Positions 26,943 to 37,539 of a stretch of 64,000 nt of DNA are shown one piece after another. The DNA is from an uncultured Acidimicrobiales bacterium (lineage in GTDB: Bacteria; Actinomycetota; Acidimicrobiia; Acidimicrobiales; CAWCAL01): contig CAWCAL010000004.1 in assembly GCA_963793475.1 (NCBI GenBank), forward strand, positions 221,964 to 285,963, in the 5' to 3' direction. Each line of letters begins with the position of its first letter. The stretch's first letter is position 1. The notes under the pieces are model-generated. The model ran no database searches and was not told the origin of the DNA. It saw only the letters and a list, made by a program, of their open reading frames with translations. Position numbers and translations under genes: made by a program.

Positions 26943-29081
26943 CTAACTCTTCAGCAGGTATTCGGCGTCATCCGGGTCGAGGAAGAGGGCCACCTCGTCG
27001 CGCAGGTCGGGAACCGCGCCGAGGTCCGGCTCCGCGTCGACCAGGGCGAACGCGACCTCCCGAGCGCGCTCGACCGTGGCTCGATCCCGGCGGAGGGAGG
27101 CCAGACGAAGGTCGTTGCGGCCCTTCTGCCGTTCGCCCATGATCGTCCCCTCACCCCGCAACTCCAGGTCGACCTCGGCCAGGTCGAATCCGTCGGTGGT
27201 CCTGACCATGGCCTCCAGTCGGGCCTCGGCATCAGGGGTGGCCCCCTCCCCCACCAGGTAACAGCGGGACGCGTCTACGCCGCGGCCGACGCGGCCCCGC
27301 AACTGGTGCAGCTGGGCGATCCCGAAGCGGTCGGCGTCGAGCACGACCATCACGGTGGCGTTGGGGACGTCGACGCCGACCTCGATGACGGTCGTCGCCA
27401 CCAACACGTCGAGCTCGCCGGAGCGGAACGCCGCCATCCGCTCCTCACGGTCCGCCGCGGGAACCCGGCCGTGGAGCAGGGCCAGCCGGAGACCGGCCAG
27501 CTCGTCGGACGCGAGCCGGTCATGCGTCTCCTCGGCCGACGCCACCTCGAGCTTCTCGCTCTCACCGATCAGCGGACACACCACGTAGACCTGTTGGCCG
27601 GCCGCAACGGCCGCCCGGACGTCCTCCCACATCGCCTCCTCCGCGTCGGATTCGGGTCGCACCCACGCAGTCCGCACGGGCGTACGACCGGGTGGCAACT
27701 CGTCGAGCACCGAGACGTCGAGGTCGCCGTAGACCGTCATCGCGGCCGTCCGGGGAATGGGGGTGGCCGTCATCACGAGAACATCCGGCATCGCCTCACC
27801 CTTGCCCTTGTCGCGCAGCGCTGCCCTCTGTTCGACGCCGAACCGGTGTTGTTCGTCGATGACGACCACACCCAACGAGGCGAACTCGACTGCTTCCTGG
27901 ATCAGCGCATGGGTGCCGATGACCAGATCGCAGCTTCCGTCGGCCAGCGCGGCCAGGATGCGGCGCCGCTCGGCTGCGCCGATCCGGTTGGTGAGCAGCT
28001 CGACCCTCATCGGACGGACCCCCATGAGTGTGCCGGGATCAGGAACCTCGAACTGCTCGAGCATCGGTCGGACCGCGCTGGCGTGCTGCTCCGCCAGCAC
28101 CTCGGTGGGGGCCATCAACGCTCCTTGGTGACCTCCCGCGATCCCCACCAGCAGCGCCGAGACCGCGACCACCGTCTTCCCCGAGCCGACGTCACCCTGG
28201 AGAAGGCGATGCATCGGGGCCGTCGCGGCCAGGTCCTCGCGCAGCTCGTCGATCACCCGACGCTGCGCGTCGGTCAGGGGGAACGGAAGGGACGCATGGA
28301 ACGACGACAGGATCTCCGCGATGGCGGGGTCGACGTGGCGGATCCCGGTCAGCTCGGACTCGAAGCGGCGCTTCCGGAGCACCAGCGCCAACTGGATGCG
28401 CAGCAGCTCGTCGAAGACGAGGCGGGCCCGCGCCTTGGTCACGTCTCCCATCGACTCGGGCTGGTGGATCGCGGTGAGGGCGGACTGGCGGTCGATCAAC
28501 TGCTCGCCGGCCAGGATCTCGGCCGGCACCGGGTCGGCGACGCCGCGGGCCGAGGAGCGGCGCAGGGCTTCGGCGACCCACTCGGCCACGTCCCACGTGG
28601 TGAGACCGGCCTTCTCGGACTGCGGATACACCGGGATGATGCGGCCGGTGCGATTGCCGACCAGATCCACGACCGGATTCGTCATCTGGGGCCGACCCCG
28701 GTACAGGTCCATCTTCCCGAAGACGACGACCCGCGCTCCCTCGTCGAGCTGCCGCTCGCGCCAGGGCTGGTTGAAGAAGGTCAGATCGAGCGTGCCGCTC
28801 TCGTCGCCCACCTTGGCCGTGACCATCGTGCGACGGTTCCGGGTGCGACGGGCCTGCACCGAGCGGACCTCGACCATCACCATCGCCTCGTCGCCGGGCA
28901 CCAGGTCGACGATGCGTTCCTGGCGGGTGCGGTCGATGTAACGGCGGGGATAGTGCAGCAACAGGTCGAGAACCGACCCGATCTCGACGGCCGCGAGGGA
29001 CTTCTGCTTCTTGGGTCCGACGCCTCGGAGTTGGGCGACGGGAAGGCCGTCGAGGTCGAGCAGGGTGAGCGGCGCGGTCAC
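26943..29081 (-). CDS. recG: ATP-dependent DNA helicase RecG
   Basis: 712 aa from VTAPLTLLDLDGLPVAQLRGVGP. Wedge/OB domain, GDVGSGKT, DEQHRFGV, MTATPIPRT, QLHQLRGRVGRG. GTGA overlap with the DAK2 gene stop at 29078-29081. Confidence 0.95.
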   Translation of the reverse strand: MTAPLTLLDLDGLPVAQLRGVGPKKQKSLAAVEIGSVLDLLLHYPRRYIDRTRQERIVDLVPGDEAMVMVEVRSVQARRTRNRRTMVTAKVGDESGTLDLTFFNQPWRERQLDEGARVVVFGKMDLYRGRPQMTNPVVDLVGNRTGRIIPVYPQSEKAGLTTWDVAEWVAEALRRSSARGVADPVPAEILAGEQLIDRQSALTAIHQPESMGDVTKARARLVFDELLRIQLALVLRKRRFESELTGIRHVDPAIAEILSSFHASLPFPLTDAQRRVIDELREDLAATAPMHRLLQGDVGSGKTVVAVSALLVGIAGGHQGALMAPTEVLAEQHASAVRPMLEQFEVPDPGTLMGVRPMRVELLTNRIGAAERRRILAALADGSCDLVIGTHALIQEAVEFASLGVVVIDEQHRFGVEQRAALRDKGKGEAMPDVLVMTATPIPRTAAMTVYGDLDVSVLDELPPGRTPVRTAWVRPESDAEEAMWEDVRAAVAAGQQVYVVCPLIGESEKLEVASAEETHDRLASDELAGLRLALLHGRVPAADREERMAAFRSGELDVLVATTVIEVGVDVPNATVMVVLDADRFGIAQLHQLRGRVGRGVDASRCYLVGEGATPDAEARLEAMVRTTDGFDLAEVDLELRGEGTIMGERQKGRNDLRLASLRRDRATVERAREVAFALVDAEPDLGAVPDLRDEVALFLDPDDAEYLLKS

Positions 29082-29965
29082 GGATGCTCCTCGACCAGCG
29101 GCTCGGTGACCCGATCGACCACCGAGGCGAACCGTTCGGCGACGGCGATCGCCTGCTGGGGCCGGTCGGTGTGGACGTGCAGTCGCCACAGCTCGTCGTA
29201 GCCCGCGACCGCGATCGAGTCGCCCAGCTCGCGCCAGGCGCGCTCGATGCGATCGACGGCGACGGCCGTCCCCTCGACGGTCAGCATGACCTCGACCCGG
29301 TCGCCGGCCGAGCCGGCCGAGACGACCGGCGGTGGGGACATCGAACCCCGGCGTTCCGGGGCCGCACCTCCCAGGGCCAGCACGAACCCGTCCAGGACAC
29401 ACAACAGCCCGGCCCCGCCCACGTCGACGACGCCGTGGCGGGCCAGCACCGGGAGCAGCGAGGGGGTGCGAGCGAGCGAGGCCTCGGCCACGCGCTGCGC
29501 CGCCATCATCAGGGCGAGCGCTCGGCGATCGTCGGCCGCCGCGACGGCGGTGGCGGCGTCGGCGGCGACCGTGATCATCGTCCCCTCGACCGGCCGATCC
29601 ATCGACGCGTGGGCGTCGTCGGCCGCAGCCATGAACGCTCGATCGAGCGGTTCGGGAAGCCCAGAGAGAAAACCCCGCAGCCACTCGGCGAGGATGACCC
29701 CCGAGTTGCCGCGGGCGGCCCGGATGGCCGCCGGCTCGGCGGCCGCGACCACCTCGGGGAGTCCCGGCGGTCGAACCCCGTCCACGCCGCCGACGGAGGC
29801 GGCCGCCTCGCTGACCGCTCCCAGGGTCGCCGCCATGTTGCGCCCCGAGTCGGCGTCGGCGACCGGAAACACGTTGAGCTCGTCGAGCCAGCGTTCGTGC
29901 CGCACGACACGAGCGTGGGCTCCGGCCAGCATCCGCACGACGGCAGGCCCGTCGATCGGGGCCAT
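29078..29965 (-). CDS. DAK2 (DhaL-like) domain protein, short form
   Basis: MAPIDGPAVVRMLAGAHARVVRHERWLDELNVFPVADADSGRNM...RGNSGVILAEW; conserved neighbour of recG in actinobacteria. The upstream part of ORF 29078..31249 is junk. Confidence 0.8.
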   Translation of the reverse strand: MAPIDGPAVVRMLAGAHARVVRHERWLDELNVFPVADADSGRNMAATLGAVSEAAASVGGVDGVRPPGLPEVVAAAEPAAIRAARGNSGVILAEWLRGFLSGLPEPLDRAFMAAADDAHASMDRPVEGTMITVAADAATAVAAADDRRALALMMAAQRVAEASLARTPSLLPVLARHGVVDVGGAGLLCVLDGFVLALGGAAPERRGSMSPPPVVSAGSAGDRVEVMLTVEGTAVAVDRIERAWRELGDSIAVAGYDELWRLHVHTDRPQQAIAVAERFASVVDRVTEPLVEEHP

Positions 29966-30122
29966 GGACGTGCCGTCGCCGCTCGATCGATCGCTCACGC
30001 TCGGACCACGGGGACACTCGCCACGGGTCGGATCGTAACCAGCGCACCTTCGACCGACGCCGACCACTCGGTGCTGGGCCCGAATCCCACGGTCGGAACG
30101 ACGGCTCGCTATCTTCTGGGAC

Positions 30123-30701
30123 ATGCCAGCGGAGAAGCCGAAGCTCATCGACGGAGCCGAGCGACGAGAGGCCAGTGCCACCAAGCCCACCCGGCGTTCG
30201 ATCCTCACCGGCGGCCTCATGGCCACCCTGATCCGGCTTCGCCGTGTCCCCGTGCTCGGCGTGCTGGCCCGAGCCGGACTCCGCCTGATCTGGCGCATGG
30301 AGATCCCACCGTCGGTCACGATCGGCGACGGAACGATCTTCCTCCACGGCAACAGCACCTTCATCCATCCCAATGTCCGCATCGGCCGACACTGCGTGAT
30401 CGCCCACCTGGTCACGATCGGGCTGCAGGATCTCTCGGACACCGGCGGTGCCGCGACCACGCCGGTCGTTCTCGAGGACCACGTCATGCTCTCTCCGGGG
30501 GCCAAGGTGCTGGCACCGGCCGGAGGCCTGACCATCGGCCGCGGCACGCTGGTGGCCGCCAACGCCGCGCTGGGCGAGTCGACCGGCGAGTGGGAGATCT
30601 GGGGCGGGGTCCCGGCCCGCAAGGTCGCCGACCGGACGCCGCCCCCGACCTTCGCCAAGAACTTTCCCGGCGAGGGACCCGGCGAGACCGGCCCGCGGTG
30701 A
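30123..30701 (+). CDS. hexapeptide-repeat (left-handed beta-helix) acyltransferase, serine-acetyltransferase-like
   Basis: 192 aa: IGDGTIFLHGNSTFIHPNVRIGRHCVIAHLVTIG...VLEDHVMLSPGAKVLAPAGGLTIGRGTLVAANAAL...WGGVPARKV. Confidence 0.75.
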   Translation: MPAEKPKLIDGAERREASATKPTRRSILTGGLMATLIRLRRVPVLGVLARAGLRLIWRMEIPPSVTIGDGTIFLHGNSTFIHPNVRIGRHCVIAHLVTIGLQDLSDTGGAATTPVVLEDHVMLSPGAKVLAPAGGLTIGRGTLVAANAALGESTGEWEIWGGVPARKVADRTPPPTFAKNFPGEGPGETGPR

Positions 30702-31201
30702 ACGCCACCCGGCGTCCCAGCCCCGTCGTCAACGCCCTGATCGGACTTCGCGCCGTTCCGGGCGTCGGCACGATCACCCGCAACCTCATCCGGCTCGTCA
30801 ATCTCCAGCACGTGCCGGCGACGGTCACCATGGCCGAGGGGAGCGCCTTCGTGCACGGCACCGGCACGACCGTCTGGGCCACCACGGAGATCGGCCGGTA
30901 CGTCACGATCGCCCACGAGGTCACGATCGGGACCCAGGACGCCTACATGGACGCGACGGTGCCCTTCGGGCCGATCGTGATCGACGACCACGCCGTGCTC
31001 TCCCCCGGATCGCGGATCCTGGCTCCGACCGCAGGGATGACCATCGGACGTGGCACGCTGGTGGCACCCAACGCCGTGCTCCTCGGATCGACCGGGGAGT
31101 GGGAGATCTGGGACGGCATCCCGGCCCGCAAGGTCGGCAACCGGGAACCGCCGGCCGGATTCGAGGAACGTTTCCCCGGAGAGGGGCCCGCCGGCCGATG
31201 A
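30698..31201 (+). CDS. second hexapeptide-repeat acyltransferase, tandem paralog
   Basis: GTG at 30698 overlaps the previous TGA (GTGA). VNATRRPSPVVNALIGLRAVPG...IGRYVTIAHEVTIG...VIDDHAVLSPGSRILAPTAGMTIGRGTLVAPNAVL...WDGIPARKV. Shares the GEWEIW..PARKV..R.PP..F...FPGEGP tail with the upstream gene. Confidence 0.7.
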   Translation: MNATRRPSPVVNALIGLRAVPGVGTITRNLIRLVNLQHVPATVTMAEGSAFVHGTGTTVWATTEIGRYVTIAHEVTIGTQDAYMDATVPFGPIVIDDHAVLSPGSRILAPTAGMTIGRGTLVAPNAVLLGSTGEWEIWDGIPARKVGNREPPAGFEERFPGEGPAGR

Positions 31202-31232
31202 GAACGAACCGACCGAGAACCAGGAGAGCCCC

Positions 31233-31466
31233 GTGCAAGGTGTGATCAAGTCCTACGATCCGACGACCGGCGACGGAGTGCTCGTACGCGACACGGACAT
31301 GGCCGAGTTCGACCTGGCCGACGACGCACTCGAGGGGTCCATCTTCCGGATGCTGCGCCAGGGCCAGCGGGTCGTGTTCGACCTGGACGGAACCGACCGG
31401 GCCACTGCGCTCCGACTGGGTTCCGAGGTCGATCTGGGCACCCCCGGGGTTTCGGCCTCCGACTGA
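31233..31466 (+). CDS. small cold-shock-domain-like (CspB-like OB-fold) protein
   Basis: GTG at 31233 after CAGGAGAG. VQGVIKSYDPTTGDGVLVRD...MLRQGQRVVFDLDG resembles the GxVKWYDPxKGFGF...GQRVxF pattern of actinobacterial CspB-type proteins. Confidence 0.5.
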   Translation: MQGVIKSYDPTTGDGVLVRDTDMAEFDLADDALEGSIFRMLRQGQRVVFDLDGTDRATALRLGSEVDLGTPGVSASD

Positions 31467-31620
31467 TCGCTCGGGCCGGAATCGAGGCGCCACCGCCGCG
31501 ATCCGTCGATCGCCGATCGGGCCGTGACGCATTGTCGCCGCCGAACGGTGGGCGGTACCTTCGAAGTCTCCGCTGGGGCCGACCCAGCGTGCATACGCGG
31601 CTGAGGAAGAAGGTCTCTCC

Positions 31621-33273
<1,653 letters not shown>

Positions 33274-33298
33274 CCCCCAGTATTGCACCCTCCGGTTC

Positions 33299-33319
33299 CT
33301 TGAGTTGGGTGTTATCAAC
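33299..33319. promoter_or_regulatory. partial HAIR-like inverted repeat upstream of hsp20
   Basis: CTTGAGT-tgggtgt-TATCAAC versus the HspR operator consensus CTTGAGT-N7-ACTCAAG: left half 7/7, right half 4/7. About 50 nt upstream of the hsp20 ATG. Confidence 0.25.
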
Positions 33320-33370
33320 TTTGGTGCTAGCCTGAGCGTCGACATCCCAAACACGCCCAGGAGGCCCCTC

Positions 33371-33814
33371 ATGTTGACCACCCGATTCGATCCGTTCTTC
33401 TCCCCGTTCCCCTCGACCCGCTCGGTCAGCCGGACCCGCTCGATCCCGATCGACGTCATCCGCCACGACGACCACCTCGAGGTCGTGGCCGACCTTCCCG
33501 GCGTCGACCCCGCCGCGGTCGAGCTCACGGTCGAGAACCGCGTCCTGACCCTGGCGTTCGAGCGCCCGGTTCCCGAGGGGGCCGACTTCGCCGTCCAGGG
33601 TCGGCTCTACGGCTCCTACCGCACCGAGCTCTCGCTCTCGAACGCGCTGGACGGCAGCGGCACCGATGCGTCCTTCGACGCCGGCGTGCTGACCATCTCG
33701 ATCCCGTTCGCGGACGAGGCCAAGCCGAAGAAGGTCATGATCTCGACCACCGCCGCCGGCGAGCTCCCCGCCGAGGGTGAGGGCAGCGACGAGGGCGATC
33801 CCTCGACCAACTGA
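33371..33814 (+). CDS. Hsp20/alpha-crystallin family small heat-shock protein
   Basis: ATG at 33371 after CCAGGAGG. PIDVIRHDDHLEVVADLPGVDPAAVELTVENRVLTL...ASFDAGVLTISIP is the alpha-crystallin domain pattern. Confidence 0.85.
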   Translation: MLTTRFDPFFSPFPSTRSVSRTRSIPIDVIRHDDHLEVVADLPGVDPAAVELTVENRVLTLAFERPVPEGADFAVQGRLYGSYRTELSLSNALDGSGTDASFDAGVLTISIPFADEAKPKKVMISTTAAGELPAEGEGSDEGDPSTN

Positions 33815-33878
33815 CCGGCCCCCCGCCGCCCGGACGGGCACTACGCTTGACCCCACACCAACCCAGGGGGGTCCGCCC

Positions 33879-34115
33879 ATGTCGGTCAGTGCATACATCC
33901 TCATCCAGACCGAGGTGGGCAAGGCCGCCAACGTGGCCGATCAGGTGCGCGAGCTGACCGGCGTCGTGTCCGCCGATGACGTCACGGGTCCCTATGACGT
34001 CATCGTGCGGGCCGAGGCGGGCACGGTCGACGAGCTGGGCAAGATGGTGGTGAGCAAGGTGCAGATGCTGGAAGGCATCACCCGGACGTTGACCTGCCCC
34101 GTCGTCAACCTCTGA
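33879..34115 (+). CDS. stand-alone Lrp/AsnC ligand-binding (RAM) domain protein
   Basis: 78 aa: MSVSAYILIQTEVGKAANVADQVRELTGVVSADDVTGPYDVIVRAEAGTVDELGKMVVSKVQMLEGITRTLT. Confidence 0.7.
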   Translation: MSVSAYILIQTEVGKAANVADQVRELTGVVSADDVTGPYDVIVRAEAGTVDELGKMVVSKVQMLEGITRTLTCPVVNL

Positions 34116-34127
34116 CCGGAGCGGGCA

Positions 34128-34484
34128 TCAGCCCAGCACGACCGCCCGCAGGCCCAGGCCCATCAGGAACAGGCTGCCGAATCCGTACAGCAGGTACTGG
34201 TGGGCCTTCATCTGCTGGCGGTAGCTGTAGAGGATGGCCACCGCGATGATGGCGACGAACCCGTAGAACTGGTGGAACTGGTCGACCTCGAAGCCGTCGT
34301 TGAGGAGCCAGACGCCCAGGGCGACCTCGACGAAGATGGTCAGCTGGGCGGCGAGGACGAACCACCACAGCACCCGGTGGCGCAGCGGCTCGAGCCAATG
34401 GGCGGCCAGCGCCCAGATGCCGGCCAGCGCGTTGGCACCGATCACCACCCACGCGAACGTGGTGTGGAAGTCACGTAGGCCCAT
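34128..34484 (-). CDS. integral membrane protein (4 predicted helices), unknown function
   Basis: 118 aa, hydrophobic throughout (WVVIGANALAGIWALAA, WWFVLAAQLTIFVEVALGVWLL, FYGFVAIIAVAILY, LLYGFGSLFLMGLGL). Confidence 0.55.
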   Translation of the reverse strand: MGLRDFHTTFAWVVIGANALAGIWALAAHWLEPLRHRVLWWFVLAAQLTIFVEVALGVWLLNDGFEVDQFHQFYGFVAIIAVAILYSYRQQMKAHQYLLYGFGSLFLMGLGLRAVVLG

Positions 34485-34520
34485 CGATCTCCTGGTGCCG
34501 GGGAAGCGCGGGTCTCGGAG

Positions 34521-35366
34521 TCAGCCGGGGCCGACGGCATCGGTCGGGCGGTTGGCCTCGGCCATGGCCATGGCTTCTTCCATCGCCTCGGCCGCCGTGT
34601 CGACCAGATCGGTGATCTCGTCCTCGGAGAAGCCGGCCAGCGATCGGAACGTCCGGGCCAGATGGACCGGGTTCTCCTCGGACTCCCCGCGGAAGCCGCC
34701 GAAGCTGAAGAGTTTGTCGACGGAGCGCTGGAAGTCGAGCGCATGCTGCTGCCGATCGGGATCGTCGGCGGTGAGGCGCCGGAGCCAGTCGGATCCCATC
34801 TTCACGTGGGTGACCTCGTCGGCCAGCATCCAGTCCTCGCAGTAGTACAGGACGGGATCGGACACCGCTCCCCCGAACTCGCGCATCGTGTTGAAGACGT
34901 CGATGGCCAGGCCCTCGAGCGCCCGGTTGACACCGGTCAGCCGCAGGACGGGGTCGGGGTTGCAGGCCGCCTCGTAGAGGAGGGTCTGCTCGGCGAACTC
35001 ACCGATGGTCGAGCCCATGTGATCGCTGAGCTTCACGGAGATCTCGACGTGGCGGGCCTCGTCCCAGCACTGCCGGGCCATGTCGAGCTTCAGCTCGAAG
35101 GGGACGTCGCTGTCACCGCTGCCGACGTTGAAGTCCCAGCAGGTCCGACCGGCACCCTCGAGCGCCTGGATCTCGCCAACGAAGATGCCATGCATGAGGC
35201 CGCGCACGGCATCGGGGGTCTCGGGGTTGTCCTTGCCGAAGCCACCTCGGCGGCGGCTCTCGTCGAACGCGGTCTGATTGCGAGGGTCGAACACGACGTC
35301 CTCGATCCGCATGCGCTCGAAACGATCGTCGCGTGCCAGTTCCTCGACCGGAAGCATGCGCTTCAC
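34521..35366 (-). CDS. ferritin-like di-iron protein (DUF455-like)
   Basis: Paired ExxH-type motifs: GEIQALEG...WDEARHVE and LEGLAIDV...ADEVTHVK, as in DUF455/ferritin-like four-helix-bundle proteins. Confidence 0.7.
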   Translation of the reverse strand: MKRMLPVEELARDDRFERMRIEDVVFDPRNQTAFDESRRRGGFGKDNPETPDAVRGLMHGIFVGEIQALEGAGRTCWDFNVGSGDSDVPFELKLDMARQCWDEARHVEISVKLSDHMGSTIGEFAEQTLLYEAACNPDPVLRLTGVNRALEGLAIDVFNTMREFGGAVSDPVLYYCEDWMLADEVTHVKMGSDWLRRLTADDPDRQQHALDFQRSVDKLFSFGGFRGESEENPVHLARTFRSLAGFSEDEITDLVDTAAEAMEEAMAMAEANRPTDAVGPG

Positions 35367-35438
35367 GGCGCCTCCCCTCGTTGCGTGGAGATCAGGGTAG
35401 CGGAGGGGTTCGCAGCCCGGTCGCTCAGCTCCAGGGGG

Positions 35439-36230
35439 CTACCAGAGCGACCCGGCCATGGGCTCGCCGTCGCGCTGGTGACCGTGGCGGATGTAGAACT
35501 CGATCCCGAATGCGTCGGCGAAGGCGTCGTCGGGAAACTGGAGGAAGAACGAGTCGGGGCCGATCTGGCTGGCGTGGGCCTTCATGGCCGCCTTCTTGCG
35601 ATCGAGCACGCTCCTGACGTCGACGGCGTGCGTGATGAACCGCTCCTCGGTGCCGAAGGTCTCGGTCTCGCTGACCTCGGGTGGCTCGATGCCCGCCTCG
35701 ATCAGCTCGTCGGCCCGTTCGACGAACTGGCGCTTGATCCGGGTGCGGTTCATGGTCGCCTCGTACACCTGCGCCACCCCGGCCAGGGTGGCCGCCGCGA
35801 GACCGACACGGTGGACCTGGATGTGATCGGGGTGGCCGTAACCGCCGTTCGAGTCGTAGATGGTGAAGATGTCGGCGTTCACCTCGGCGAGCAGCGCTGC
35901 GACCTGCCCGGCAGCGTCGTCGGGGTCGGCCTGCCAGAAGCACTCGGGGTTGTCGTTGGTGGGCTCGCCCATCATTCCCGAGTCGACGTAGTCGAGCAGC
36001 TCGACGCGGGAGGCGCCCAGGATGGCGCCGGCCTCGCGGACCTCCTTGACCCGACGGTCGCCGAGCTCCTCGCCGTGAGCGAGCACGCCGGGTTGCGGCT
36101 CGCCGTGTTCGCCGCCGGTGGCGACGATGAGCACCACGTCGAGTCCGAGATCGGCCGCCAGCGCCATGGTGCCGCCCGTGGCGATGGCCTCATCATCGGG
36201 ATGGGCGTGGAAACAGGCGAGCGTCGGCAC
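35439..36230 (-). CDS. PIG-L/LmbE family deacetylase
   Basis: MPTLACFHAHPDDEAIATGGTMA (AHPDDE motif)...HPDHIQVH second metal-binding motif. Confidence 0.85.
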   Translation of the reverse strand: MPTLACFHAHPDDEAIATGGTMALAADLGLDVVLIVATGGEHGEPQPGVLAHGEELGDRRVKEVREAGAILGASRVELLDYVDSGMMGEPTNDNPECFWQADPDDAAGQVAALLAEVNADIFTIYDSNGGYGHPDHIQVHRVGLAAATLAGVAQVYEATMNRTRIKRQFVERADELIEAGIEPPEVSETETFGTEERFITHAVDVRSVLDRKKAAMKAHASQIGPDSFFLQFPDDAFADAFGIEFYIRHGHQRDGEPMAGSLW

Positions 36231-36275
36231 GATTGGAGCCTAATGGTGACCCGTGCCGATCCCCTCGGGACGTCC

Positions 36276-37493
36276 CTACCGCGTCAGCACCGGCGAGCCG
36301 TGATGGGCGACGAGCTTCCAGCCTTCGGCGGTCCGCACGAAGACGTTGGTGGCCGCAATGGCCTGCGTGTCGCCCCGATCGACGAGGTCCTCCGCCAGCG
36401 TCACCCACGCCGTCGAGTCGTGGACCTCGATCGACTGGTCGGTGAGGATGAACTGGTTCCGGCCCGGACCCTCGAAGATGCGGCTCCAGGACGCTTCGAT
36501 CTGCTCCCAGCCGCGCAGGATGGGCCACCCGGGATGGACACAGACCGTGTCGTCGGCGTGGCTCCAGACGTCGCGCATGGCGTCGAGATCGCGCTCCTCG
36601 TGGGCGGTGTAGAACGCGGCGTTCGCGGCCTCGACGCCGGCCGGGTCGGGCTCGACGGGGGCGGCCGGCGCTGGTGGCGCTGCCGCCTCGTCGACGACCA
36701 GCGGATCGAGGTCGACACCCGTGAGCGCGAATCGGGTGAGCCGGCGGTTGAGGTTGTTGAGCATGTGGAACGGCCCGAAGACCAGACCGGGGCGCACGTG
36801 GGGTCGATCGTGCTGCACCGCTCCGACGACGTCACGGGCCACCTCGTCCGGCGAGACCTTGGGCGCCAAACGGAGCAGACGCAGGCGGCGGAGCACGGGA
36901 AGCGTGTACCCCTCGTTGTCCTCGACCCGGTTCCACATCTCGGTGTCGACCGGGCCCGGAGCCACGACGGTCAGACCGACGCCGGTTCCTTCCAGCTCCA
37001 TGCGGAGTCCCTCGGCCATGTTGGTCAGGCCGGCCTTGGTGCCGCTGTACGCAACGGCGCCGGGAAAGGTCATGGCGCCGGCGATGGAGCTCATCTGCAC
37101 CAGGTGGCCGGTGCCACGCTCCAGCATGTGCGGGAGCACGTCGCGAGTGAGGAGGACCGCCGCCTCGAAGTTGAGCCTGGCCACGGCTCGGAGCCGGTCT
37201 CGATCGAGGTGGACGAACGCATCCGAGTCCTCGATCCCGGCATTGTTGACCAGCACGTCGATGCGACCGAGCTGTTCGAGACAGGTCGGGATGAGACGGT
37301 CGACCTCTGCCGCCTCGGTGAGGTCGGCGACCAGATACTCGCCCCCGGCGCGGTCGGCCACGGCCGACAGCTTGCGCTCATTGCGGGCAACCACCAGGAC
37401 CTGCGCCCCGGCGGCGGCGAAGTGTTCCGCCATCGCCGCGCCGATGCCCTGCGACCCGCCGGTGACGACGACGGTGCGGCCGTTCAGGTCCAT
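36276..37493 (-). CDS. short-chain dehydrogenase/reductase fused to a C-terminal SnoaL/NTF2-like domain
   Basis: MDLNGRTVVVTGGSQGIG (TGxxxGIG), NNAG, S...YSGTK catalytic triad. Pro/Ala linker, then AANAAFYTAHEERDLDAMRDVWSH...WVTLAEDL...TNVFVRTAEGWKLVAHH (NTF2-like). Confidence 0.8.
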   Translation of the reverse strand: MDLNGRTVVVTGGSQGIGAAMAEHFAAAGAQVLVVARNERKLSAVADRAGGEYLVADLTEAAEVDRLIPTCLEQLGRIDVLVNNAGIEDSDAFVHLDRDRLRAVARLNFEAAVLLTRDVLPHMLERGTGHLVQMSSIAGAMTFPGAVAYSGTKAGLTNMAEGLRMELEGTGVGLTVVAPGPVDTEMWNRVEDNEGYTLPVLRRLRLLRLAPKVSPDEVARDVVGAVQHDRPHVRPGLVFGPFHMLNNLNRRLTRFALTGVDLDPLVVDEAAAPPAPAAPVEPDPAGVEAANAAFYTAHEERDLDAMRDVWSHADDTVCVHPGWPILRGWEQIEASWSRIFEGPGRNQFILTDQSIEVHDSTAWVTLAEDLVDRGDTQAIAATNVFVRTAEGWKLVAHHGSPVLTR

Positions 37494-37539
37494 CGGGCGG
37501 CCCCGGCACGTTCTGCCGACACGGCGACGGCCGCCGAGA

